From the NCBI GenBank assembly GCA_046483125.1, contig JAWODU010000027.1, positions 1 to 63,500 on the forward strand: a DNA stretch of 63,500 bases, given 5' to 3'. The translations under genes and the position numbers were made by a program. Positions 19,171 to 28,223 of this stretch are shown here, one piece after another. The notes beneath the pieces were generated by a model. It saw only the letters and a program-made list of their open reading frames with translations, had not been told where the DNA came from and made no database searches. The stretch is from Kiritimatiellia bacterium (GTDB lineage Bacteria > Verrucomicrobiota > Kiritimatiellia > UBA8416 > JAWODU01). Within the stretch, counting starts at the first letter, position 1; each line of letters opens with the position of its first letter.

Positions 19171-20747
19171 AGTCGCCTCCATGATTTAACGGCTGGCTTG
19201 CTCATGACATTCATCGGATCAGCAATGTCCCAGGGCATGGGACCCGCACGGAAGTTCTGCTCCACTTCTTCGTCCGTGAGCATACGGTTATAAACGGCAA
19301 TAAGACGGTATCGTATCGGAATTGCGGGTATGACAGGCCTTTCCGGTGTCTTGGCGGAAGCAAACACGGATTTAAGATCGCGTTTCGAACCGCAGGCTTC
19401 CAGCGCGAAGCGAATGCGCCTTGCGGTTGTTATGACCCTGTTGCGGGCGCGGATCATATCAGCCCTGCGGCTCTCCCTTGTGCCCGGCTCCCCAGCTTGA
19501 GCAGGAGTCTCCTTGTGCACATTGAAACGCTGGACCACGTGGACCCAGTAGGATTCGCGGCCTGCAGGAACCGGAAATGTTACAGGCGAGGTTTCTTTAC
19601 CCGCGCGCCGGTATATTCGTACAGCGAGGTTATTATTCCTATTGTTTCCGTAGATAAGAGCATGCCCGATATAGAAGTGCTTGCTTTCAAGTTCCCCGGG
19701 GACCTGGATCCAATACTCCATCGTTACTCCGTCGGGGGACAGAAACGCCTCAAAAAGACTTGAGCCTGGTTTCACGGAAGCGTAAACGGAATCTGCCCGT
19801 TTCAACTTCAGTCCAGCCGGGGTCCACTCGACGCTGTTCGGCCTGATTTTGAGATCACAACTGTAAGGAGCACTGCTGATATCAGGGACGGCAAATCCGC
19901 GCGACTCGCGGAAGTCATACATCGCCGCCAGTCCCCGGGTCACCCTTGAGGGGTTTTCCAGAATCAACCCTGTTCCCGAGACAGCCGCTATCCTGCCCGG
20001 GGACACCTCCCGCGATTCATTACTGGCAATGGAAGTGAGCAAGGCTTTCCCGGAAATGACCTCCAACTGCGAACGGTTTTCTTTGACTTTCAGATCTACC
20101 CGCGTTCCCGTTATCTCCACGATGGCGCTGGGAGTCGCAATCGAGAAACGACGCGCTTCAACGGAAACCATGTTCAGGGAAATATGTCCTCTGGCAAGGT
20201 AAAGATCTTCTTTTTCGGTGTGATCCAGGAATGCAACTTGCGATTCAGACCGCAATCGCATTACGGAACCGTTCTTCCAGCGGAATTCGGCAGAAGCATT
20301 CTGTTCCGTCTGTACAGTGTCCCCCGGATAAACTGACATATTGACGCCGGCTTGTCGTGAAAGCCTGCCGTCACTAACCGTGATTGCCCCGTTAATTTCC
20401 GTGAGCGTACCGATAGCAGTTGGCGCCCGCCCGGAACCGCTTCTCCAGAGGAAAAACCCCGCAAACGCAACGGTCAATGAAGCCGCCAGCGCGAACGCAA
20501 CAATGCGCTTGGGTTTCCCGGAGAACCAGCTCACCGGCGTTTCCTGACTGCTATACGCGGCGATTTCTTCTTCCGCAGGAGAGTATATGGCGCCGTTTCT
20601 GAGCTTTTCATCAAATTCTGCTTCTTTGAAAATGCGGCGCATTAATTCCGGGTTCGCATGGACACGCTTGCGTAGACACGAAAGATCCTTGCCGGTGGCT
20701 TCCCCGAACAAGTACCTCATAATAAGCCCTGATTCGGAATCATTCAT
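19167..20747 (-). CDS. FecR-like anti-sigma factor with C-terminal LamG-like domain
   Basis: Single TM, FecR motif (IATPSAIVEITGT), GLAAMYDF...VYNRMLTDEEV LamG pattern. Confidence 0.8.
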   Translation of the reverse strand: MNDSESGLIMRYLFGEATGKDLSCLRKRVHANPELMRRIFKEAEFDEKLRNGAIYSPAEEEIAAYSSQETPVSWFSGKPKRIVAFALAASLTVAFAGFFLWRSGSGRAPTAIGTLTEINGAITVSDGRLSRQAGVNMSVYPGDTVQTEQNASAEFRWKNGSVMRLRSESQVAFLDHTEKEDLYLARGHISLNMVSVEARRFSIATPSAIVEITGTRVDLKVKENRSQLEVISGKALLTSIASNESREVSPGRIAAVSGTGLILENPSRVTRGLAAMYDFRESRGFAVPDISSAPYSCDLKIRPNSVEWTPAGLKLKRADSVYASVKPGSSLFEAFLSPDGVTMEYWIQVPGELESKHFYIGHALIYGNNRNNNLAVRIYRRAGKETSPVTFPVPAGRESYWVHVVQRFNVHKETPAQAGEPGTRESRRADMIRARNRVITTARRIRFALEACGSKRDLKSVFASAKTPERPVIPAIPIRYRLIAVYNRMLTDEEVEQNFRAGPMPWDIADPMNVMSKPAVKSWRRL

Positions 20748-21276
20748 TATATGGCCGGGCCTTTCTTTCCACGCACTCCTGCAGCCTGCTTCTTGCACGG
20801 CTGAGAGCCATGTTCACGGCCATTTCCGTCATATTCATTTGTTCGGCAATGGCTTTGGATAATTTCCGTCCGAAATATTTCAATTTGATCATATTGCGAA
20901 GGCGTCTTGAGAGTTGTGATATACATTCCCTCAGCCATTCAACGCGCTTCTCCGTGTACTCCTGCTCACGATTACGAACCGCTGCCTCATCGGCCTCATG
21001 AGCGAGCACTTCGAGATGACTGTTTTCCAGTAACAGCGGGTTGTTCCCGGATTTCCTGTAATGGTTGACCAGCACATGCGACGCTATTCCCCGGAGCCAG
21101 GCGGCAAATGGGCGGGACGGGTCATAATTCTTCGCGCTTCGAACAGCTTGATGATAGGTCTCCTGGACCAGGTCCTTGGCCAGGGTATGATTTCCGGTAG
21201 CAGAAACAAAATACGCGGTCAACCAGCCGGTGTTTTGTTCCAGCGCTCCAAATGCCAGGTTTTCAAGCTGATTCAC
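20740..21276 (-). CDS. ECF sigma-70 factor
   Basis: AKDLVQET, FAAWLRGIA (region 2), IAEQMNMTEMAVNMALSRAR (region 4); GTG start inferred. Confidence 0.9.
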   Translation of the reverse strand: MNQLENLAFGALEQNTGWLTAYFVSATGNHTLAKDLVQETYHQAVRSAKNYDPSRPFAAWLRGIASHVLVNHYRKSGNNPLLLENSHLEVLAHEADEAAVRNREQEYTEKRVEWLRECISQLSRRLRNMIKLKYFGRKLSKAIAEQMNMTEMAVNMALSRARSRLQECVERKARPYNE

Positions 21277-21530
21277 TGGATTTTGCCCCTTCTGCCCTTC
21301 TGTGTATGTATTCGCGCTGAGAGCATAAATATAACACATTTTTTGAAAAAAATGCATCTTTTCACGCGCAGGCCGGTATTCGTCGGCGAATAGCGGCAAC
21401 CGATGCCGGTTTGCGAAATGAACCTTTGGCCGGTTTTATACGATTAAAGTAGCAACACAGCCGGGCTGGATTTTCATTATCAGGAACAGTCCGGCAGGCA
21501 AAACACTGCGTGTAAGCAAAAGAGAGAGGC

Positions 21531-22856
21531 ATGGAGACAAACGGATTTCCGGGACAGTCCAAAATCATTACGGCGCTTGCCTCGGCGCTGGTGTTGTGCG
21601 CCAATGCACGGGCGCAAGTTACAAACAGGGCTTCAGAGACGCGGGCTATCGTGGTAACAGGAACGCGGCTCAGCGAAAAGCCCATCGATCAACCATACGC
21701 TTTCTATCGTGTCACTGTAGACGAGATTGAACAGCGGATCGGGCGAACTGTCCTGGATCGGCTGAATTACGCCCCGGGCGCCTTTATTCAGCGAACAGCG
21801 CCGAACCAGGCCAGCCCGTTCATTCGCGGTCTCACGGGGGAGCAGACACTGCTGATGCTTGACGGTGTGCGTTTCAGCCACGCCATGATGCGGCCCGGCC
21901 CGAACCAATATGCCGCGCTCATTCCGGGTGTCAGTGTCAATGCCATGGACGTTATCCTCGGTTCATCCTCGTCTGTTACAGGCTCGGACGGCTTAACCGG
22001 CGCGCTGGACTACAGGCTGGCCCCGGCAGGTCGTGGTGCGGACACTGTTGCCGGGCCCTGGGTGAACTCGCGGGTGGACACCGGCAACGGAGGCACTCAC
22101 GAACTTGGCGTTGACGGCGTAGCGGGCAACCTTGCTTACTCTATCGAGTACTCGGCTGGAATGTTCCACGACCGCGCGGGAGGAGAAGATTTTCGTGAGC
22201 GTGTTTTTGCCGAAGACGAGGACACCTACGACGAAATCCCCAACACCGCTTACGATGAGCAGGCCGGCGGTCTTCGTCTCGCTTACCACGGAGGCAATAA
22301 CCATTTCCTGGAACTGGATACCGGGCACACGAGGCAGACCGACGCGCCGCGGCCCGGGGGCTATGCGGAGAACTCGCGGAAGCCCGATCGCGGCTATCGG
22401 TACTTCGACCCGCAGGAATTCATCTACATGCACCTGCGTGACTGGTGGGACGTCGGCTCTCCTCTTGTTGATCGTTTTCAGACTACGGTCTGGTGGCACC
22501 AGTTTGGTGAAAAACAGTTTCGGTCTTCGATTCGCGATATGGGTACCGACTCGGAACGGATCAGAGTCCGTGAATTCGACGACACGCTGGACGCCTAGGG
22601 GGCGGATATACAGGCCGCAACCCTTGCCAGCGATTCCGATGCCGACGACGTTCGCATGACCGTGGCCGGCAACTCGGACGGAAGCATGCCGGGCTATACC
22701 GTGGTTGACATTATATGCGGATGGAAGAGCGACGACGGCAGCCGTAACATCGGTTTTTTCGTCGAAAACATAGCGGACAAAACCTACCGCGAACCCGGAA
22801 GCGGCACCGACGGCACGGGCCGAAGCATCGGTATTACCGCCGGTCTCAGGCTGTGA
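21531..22856 (+). pseudogene. TonB-dependent receptor pseudogene
   Basis: TonB box IVVTGTR and plug motif PFIRG; in-frame TAG at 22596-22598. The C-terminal ENIADKTY...GLRL is in the same frame, but the total is only ~440 codons, so much of the barrel is deleted. Confidence 0.85.
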
Positions 22857-22860
22857 TCTC

Positions 22861-23169
22861 TCATCTTTTCGACGCCTGCAATCGTTCGTTCGTCTGTGCA
22901 GATGCCACAGCCTGCGCCTGCATTGGCAGATACCTGAAATATAGAGCAAGGTCTATTGCCACAAGGACCATATTGAGCGCATAAAGCACTATTACCCAAT
23001 CCAGCGAGTAAAGCACTTTATGAACAAGTCCGCAGGCATAGCCGAAACAGATGACTGTCATGAAGAGAGGGCTCTTTCCCAGAACCACTTTCGTCCGCAC
23101 GGATTTGGCTATTGATATAGGCCAGCTTACGCCGAAACAGATCAGCATTATGGCTTCAAAAATACTCAT
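22861..23169 (-). CDS. Small 3-TM PQ-loop/SemiSWEET-like membrane protein
   Basis: FEAIMLICFGVSWPISIAKS...GKS pattern with three hydrophobic helices. Confidence 0.7.
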   Translation of the reverse strand: MSIFEAIMLICFGVSWPISIAKSVRTKVVLGKSPLFMTVICFGYACGLVHKVLYSLDWVIVLYALNMVLVAIDLALYFRYLPMQAQAVASAQTNERLQASKR

Positions 23170-23280
23170 AACATTTTATCTACGGCAACACCCGGCAGGA
23201 AGCAGGACAGGATGGCCAATGCTGAAATTCGGGGTTTTTTCGACGTCATGACGAGAACTTAACAGCCCGAGGGCTCGAAA

Positions 23281-25044
23281 TCAATGCTGGTTCACCTTGA
23301 ACCGCAACTCCATGTCCTGCGCCAGTTTGTCCGGACTGAAAGTTATCCGCCAAAGCCGCCTGTCGGTTGTCCATGTCTCGGCTTCGGGTCCCCATTTCCT
23401 GACCTTGAATTTACCCGGCGTTTCCACGGAACTGAGTACTACAGCCTTCCTGCCGGTTCCGATGACGATCTCGGCGCCTTTCCTGCGTACGCGTGCAGAC
23501 TCATACGTGGCAAACCCTTCCTCGACGGAATGTGGCTTGCGTGTGAACGAGAAGGAATCGCACAAATTTAATTCACCATCCGGTTCGAGTGTAAACTCTC
23601 GGCGAAGGCGTCTAAGCGTCTTATCCGGATAAGCTTTCCCGATGTCCGCGGTCACGGTTTTTGCTCCTTTTTCATTCAGCCCGGTGGCTCTTAGAAAGCC
23701 GCGGTATCGCTTTCCGGCTTTTTGTTCGTGACCGTTAACTATGGGAAGGGAATGTCCCATGGTGCGTGTGTGGGGATGCTCGTAACGCCGCGGCCCGAAT
23801 ACCCACGAGTTGTATCTCGGGCTCCCGGGATCGGTTATCATCTCGGCGTCCATGGTGTGGTAGACAAAACTGCCTACATCGTTGTGGTTATGAGGACAAT
23901 TATTATGGCTCGCGAAAACTCCCAGTGCGGCCCTGGCCGGCATGTCTGCTGACCTCACCAGTGCGAGCCCAAGCTTCGGGTACAGATAATCCCTCGGAAC
24001 AAACTGCATGCGCTTCGCCTTCATCGGCACCTCCATTGCGGCGTTGCGCCAGGACCATCCTATGCATCCTTTTCTCTTCGCGGCTCCGCCTGTCTTTCGC
24101 CGCGTCAGCGCGAATAACTCCGGAATATCATAGAACCTGTTGATCATACAGGCGACATCTACACCGAGATATCCGTGCCCGCAATCGCAGATTGTGAGCC
24201 ATCTGCCCGGCTTGATTGTGGCCGCTAGCGGAAAGCGGCAGATACCCTCGATTTTATCTCCCTTCATGATCTTCAGTTTTCCGCCCGTGCGGTGCTCCAG
24301 CATGATTGCGCTCTTCAAATAATGCGAAAACCCGTATCCCCAGTAACCCGGGCCTTCGTAGCATCCTCCGTCCTCGGCAAAAGCATCCAGTCCGTAAGGA
24401 AGACGGTTGATTACAATAAACAGGTAATGCGCGAGATATGGGTTTTCCAGTTCGTACAAAGCCGTAGTAATCAAATTGCAGTTGCATACCAGGTTCCAGT
24501 TCATGGGTTCCGTGGTCCACCATGGCGTCTCCCTGTAATCCACCCCGGGGTCGAGAACACGCCGGCGAATTTCCTTTCGCACACGTTCGACGACCTCCGT
24601 TTCCATCCGGTGCTCAAGCATGTAAAGGATCTCCGCGTAGTTCGCGGCCATTGTCGTTGAGCCCAGGTCAAGCAATCCGCAGTATTCATGGGATGAACAC
24701 ACCCATGTGGTGGTCTCACATGCCGCCCAGAGCAGATCCTGCAGGCGGTCGATCGACGCATTGGGATGATCCAGCCACACTGTCGTGGCCGCCTCCTGGA
24801 TTCCCTGCATCATCCATGAGCGATTGTCGAGAGATTCCCCACTGCGCTTAAACGACCGGTAGTCAGAGTGTTTGATTACCTCTATGGCCCTGTTGGGATC
24901 ATAGCTTTCGGAAAGCGCCGACCAGACGCCGTTCCTCTTTGCCATCTTCCGTGCCCGATCGACAAGTGTTTTGTCCTCGAGCCCGGGCCACGCGGCTTTA
25001 CGCATATGTGGGTTAAGTGCTTTGTGTAACTCGGTGATATTCAT
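23281..25044 (-). CDS. Heparinase II/III family polysaccharide lyase
   Basis: NWNLVCN, DGGCYEGPGYWGYG, HNHNDVGSF, DPG motifs. Confidence 0.85.
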   Translation of the reverse strand: MNITELHKALNPHMRKAAWPGLEDKTLVDRARKMAKRNGVWSALSESYDPNRAIEVIKHSDYRSFKRSGESLDNRSWMMQGIQEAATTVWLDHPNASIDRLQDLLWAACETTTWVCSSHEYCGLLDLGSTTMAANYAEILYMLEHRMETEVVERVRKEIRRRVLDPGVDYRETPWWTTEPMNWNLVCNCNLITTALYELENPYLAHYLFIVINRLPYGLDAFAEDGGCYEGPGYWGYGFSHYLKSAIMLEHRTGGKLKIMKGDKIEGICRFPLAATIKPGRWLTICDCGHGYLGVDVACMINRFYDIPELFALTRRKTGGAAKRKGCIGWSWRNAAMEVPMKAKRMQFVPRDYLYPKLGLALVRSADMPARAALGVFASHNNCPHNHNDVGSFVYHTMDAEMITDPGSPRYNSWVFGPRRYEHPHTRTMGHSLPIVNGHEQKAGKRYRGFLRATGLNEKGAKTVTADIGKAYPDKTLRRLRREFTLEPDGELNLCDSFSFTRKPHSVEEGFATYESARVRRKGAEIVIGTGRKAVVLSSVETPGKFKVRKWGPEAETWTTDRRLWRITFSPDKLAQDMELRFKVNQH

Positions 25045-25235
25045 TCCGAGGCGCCACTATACACGGTTTGCCGCGAATGACAAGGACAGCTGGGCTGGGG
25101 GTGAATTTCCCGACGAGTCTTATCCTTACTCATGATCGTGAGTACGAATAATACTCGGGCTTTTGAATGCATGGAGCAGGTAAGGAGGATTTTTTATTCG
25201 TTATTCGCAGGTTTGACGGCACCGGGCTATGATCG

Positions 25236-25267
25236 GCAAAGGAAAGGCGCGCCGAAGCGCGCCTTTC
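25236..25267 (-). terminator. Intrinsic terminator of the RRM gene
   Basis: Minus strand GAAAGGCGCGC-TTCG-GCGCGCCTTTC followed by CTTTT. Confidence 0.75.
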
Positions 25268-25309
25268 GCCTGTATGCTTCAATGCGATTCTTCGCATTGA
25301 TCTGTCTGT

Positions 25310-25606
25310 CTACCAGCGGTTACGTCCGCCACCACCGCCGCCGCGCTTGCCGCCGCCGCCCCTCGGCTTCGGCTGGGACTCGTTGACGCGCAACGCGCGT
25401 CCCATGAAGTCCTGCTCATTGGTTGCTTTGATGGCTGACTCCGCCTCGCTCTTGTCCGGCATCTCAACGAAGCCGAAACCCTTGGAGTCGCCCGAGAACT
25501 TATCCACGATCACACGGGCCGAAGTAACGGTCCCATACTGCGCGAAAAGTTCCTGGAGTTGTTGATCGCCTGCCTCATACGGCAGATTCCCGACATAGAT
25601 ATCCAT
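25310..25606 (-). CDS. RRM RNA-binding protein with Gly-rich tail
   Basis: RNP2 IYVGNL, RNP1 KGFGFVEM; AAGGAGG RBS. Confidence 0.95.
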   Translation of the reverse strand: MDIYVGNLPYEAGDQQLQELFAQYGTVTSARVIVDKFSGDSKGFGFVEMPDKSEAESAIKATNEQDFMGRALRVNESQPKPRGGGGKRGGGGGGRNRW

Positions 25607-25783
25607 GAGGATACCTCCTTGTGCGTGTCATCCGTGTGTGTTGTCCAATACAGCACGATGACACGGTGTGCGGATCGGGATCGACCAAAAGCGGTCGAGT
25701 GGGGTTAACTATGAGGGTACGGGAAAGAGGATGCAAGCACGATATTCATGTTTTTTTATCCGTTTGTTTGACTCTCGTTCGCT

Positions 25784-25969
25784 CTATTCAAACACGTGTT
25801 GCACTGCCCACAGGGCCTGAGACGCCAGTGAAAGCCGCTCCACCTTTCGCGACAGGGACTTTACTTGTGACTGGAGCCGGTCAACCTTGCTTTTCGCGCT
25901 ATACGCGTCTGAACCCGCACGCGCGATATTCATCTGCTGTCTTGCCTCCCAGAACAATTCCACAGGCAT
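25784..25969 (-). pseudogene. Short, probably truncated coiled-coil hypothetical protein
   Basis: Strong AGGAGG RBS and a plausible N-terminus (LFWEARQQ...KVERLSLASQALW) that degenerates abruptly after QALW. Confidence 0.4.
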
Positions 25970-26149
25970 ATATCCCTCCTTGTTATACCTATCCAGGCTT
26001 CATTAACGTCAAGGCACCAACAAGCCGCCTCCAACGCGCCACTGCCGTGGGCAATCAACGGGCACAAAACCAATGCCGACCTTCAGACCCTCCGACGAAA
26101 GGGCAGTATAGAGCTTGGCTGATGAATGACAAGGCCAGGTTGAAGGACA

Positions 26150-28084
26150 CTAGCTCCGTTCGTAGGCGCCGTCGGTGTTCAGCTTGAAACGAACGTTCTC
26201 GCCTTCGACGGTTCCCTTGACCGTTTCGCCGGTGATAACGTGTTTCAGCGAAGTCTTCGGACAATCCGATGCCCTCAGCACAACTTCGCCTTCCGCCTTG
26301 TGGCCTACAAGGAGAAATTCATCGAGAAGCGCCATGCCGTCGGCCACTCCTACGGCCTGCCGACAGCCGCGTTCCCATACGGTGCGGCACAGCCACTGGT
26401 TCATGGGATCGGCGGCAATGCGCCGGTACGTGTCCAGGGTGGTATTCCCCGACACGTCGTTCTGCGGGGCGAGGAACGGAAACGCTCCCGATACATCCCG
26501 GTTCCACGCCGAGCGCCAGACAAGCCGCCGGGGACCTGCGTGAGCGATGCGGTGCATCAGCAGGTGGCCGCTGTTGGGGCCGTGGGTGCGGTTATCGACC
26601 GCAAAGCCGTTGGCGCGGCACTCCGTGGAAATGCCCTCTGTCCACATGAAGAAGTCCGGTGAGAGAGAGCGGCCGAAACGGTACGCCCTGTCGTACAGCA
26701 CGCCCATGCCGGCCATGGCCTCGTTGGGGCAGTCCATGTAGACATGATCCGGATCGCTGAAGTCGGGCGTGAGGGGCTGAAACCCGGAATCCCAGAACAC
26801 TCCGGTAATGCCCAGCTCGCTCACGTAGTATTCAATGCCTTCCAGCACGTAGTCCTGGTAACCCGGATGCAGGCTGTTGCACATCTGCGAGGACATGGCA
26901 TCAACGTAAACCGGACGGCCGTCGGTGCCCTTGAGCGCCCAGGCGTCGCGGAAGCCGCCGTTCCCTGCGGTCTCAGGCGCGGCGGCCGAACGCGTGTACC
27001 AGATATACGAATGCCCGCCCTTATCGTTGATAAGATCGGCCACGCGTCTCAGTCCTTCGTCGCTTCCCATGTACGGCGACGCCTTGTAGCTTCGCGGCTC
27101 CACATCGGCGCCGGCGAGGGGAAGATCGTGCGAGACGAGCCCGAACCCGTTTACGCCGCATTCGTCCATGAGGATTTTGACGGCGCGTTCTGTTTCGGCA
27201 AAGGTCGCGTTTGCCTGCCACATGTTGTGGAGCCAGAACCAGCTTGTATGGAAGAACCAGTCCGGCGGCTCTTCAAAGAGATCGAACTGTTCGGCAAACG
27301 TCTTCTCCGCCTCTTCGAGGCCCTGCCCGTACTGGATGGTGATATCGGGTGAAACGAGTTCCCGGTTGAGCTCCAGATCGGTAAAGAAACCGAAACGGTA
27401 TGTCTGCCGGTCCTCAGCGTACTCGATCTGACCCCCGACGTGCGGGTGCCTGCAGATAATCCAGAGCCAGCGTTCGTCTTTGGGATCGTAGTACATCGCG
27501 CCGGGAATGGTCTGTTGGCCCGGGAAACTGTTGCGGAACCCGGTTTTGAGCCACGGAACAACTTCCGCGACCGGCCCGTCCTCGTAACTCACGTGGTCGC
27601 GGGGTCCACTGCCTCCGATGGCGAGGGCGCGCATGCGAGTGCCGGGGCCGAAGAAATCCGTCGGCGCAGTGAGCAGGCTCATGGTCTCCAGCAGAAGCGG
27701 CGCTTCAATCGGGGGGCCCCATATCTGGTCCAGTTCGTTTTCCCAGTCTCCCCACGGCACGCGGCGGACGCGGTACCGAAGCGAAAGGGACTGCCTGCGC
27801 CCTATTCGCGACTTACTGCCGCCGGGCACGATATCGCGCGTGAGCCGCAGGCGGCGGCCTGCCTTGTACATCGGCTGGTCCTCGGCGTCGAATTCGCTTC
27901 TGAGCCGTCCCCAGTTTACGGCGTGCTCAACGGCTTTTGCCTTTAAAGGGCGCTGGTTGAGCTCAAACTCGTGGCCGGGTTTGAATGAAATGATTTCCCG
28001 ATTGAGTTCGGTATCCACGAGCCGCACAAGCTGGCCCGTCTCGTCGTCTACATGGATCTGAAGCTGGTCGATGGTCTTCTGCAT
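26150..28084 (-). CDS. Putative glycoside hydrolase (TIM-barrel, uncharacterised family)
   Basis: PPDWF, HPGYQDY, GITGVFWDS and WTEG motifs typical of GH13/27/36-like barrels. Confidence 0.6.
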   Translation of the reverse strand: MQKTIDQLQIHVDDETGQLVRLVDTELNREIISFKPGHEFELNQRPLKAKAVEHAVNWGRLRSEFDAEDQPMYKAGRRLRLTRDIVPGGSKSRIGRRQSLSLRYRVRRVPWGDWENELDQIWGPPIEAPLLLETMSLLTAPTDFFGPGTRMRALAIGGSGPRDHVSYEDGPVAEVVPWLKTGFRNSFPGQQTIPGAMYYDPKDERWLWIICRHPHVGGQIEYAEDRQTYRFGFFTDLELNRELVSPDITIQYGQGLEEAEKTFAEQFDLFEEPPDWFFHTSWFWLHNMWQANATFAETERAVKILMDECGVNGFGLVSHDLPLAGADVEPRSYKASPYMGSDEGLRRVADLINDKGGHSYIWYTRSAAAPETAGNGGFRDAWALKGTDGRPVYVDAMSSQMCNSLHPGYQDYVLEGIEYYVSELGITGVFWDSGFQPLTPDFSDPDHVYMDCPNEAMAGMGVLYDRAYRFGRSLSPDFFMWTEGISTECRANGFAVDNRTHGPNSGHLLMHRIAHAGPRRLVWRSAWNRDVSGAFPFLAPQNDVSGNTTLDTYRRIAADPMNQWLCRTVWERGCRQAVGVADGMALLDEFLLVGHKAEGEVVLRASDCPKTSLKHVITGETVKGTVEGENVRFKLNTDGAYERS

Positions 28085-28223
28085 TGCGTGCCTCGCTATC
28101 TGTTGCTGATGAACGGGCGCTACTATAGCGAACCGCCGTCCGAATGCAAACCCCGGTTGCAGTTAGAGGGCAGGCTCCACTCCGCACTCGACACCGGCTT
28201 CCCCGCTGGTAGACTCTGGCCTC

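Noticed and set aside
21400-21530. Cobalamin or other riboswitch ahead of the TonB receptor
   Set aside because: Only one modest hairpin (CCGGGCTG...CAGTCCGG); no B12-box consensus recognised. An Rfam scan would settle it.
22596-22598. Pyrrolysine or amber readthrough
   Set aside because: No pyl genes in view, TAG terminates other genes, and the same gene also has a large deletion
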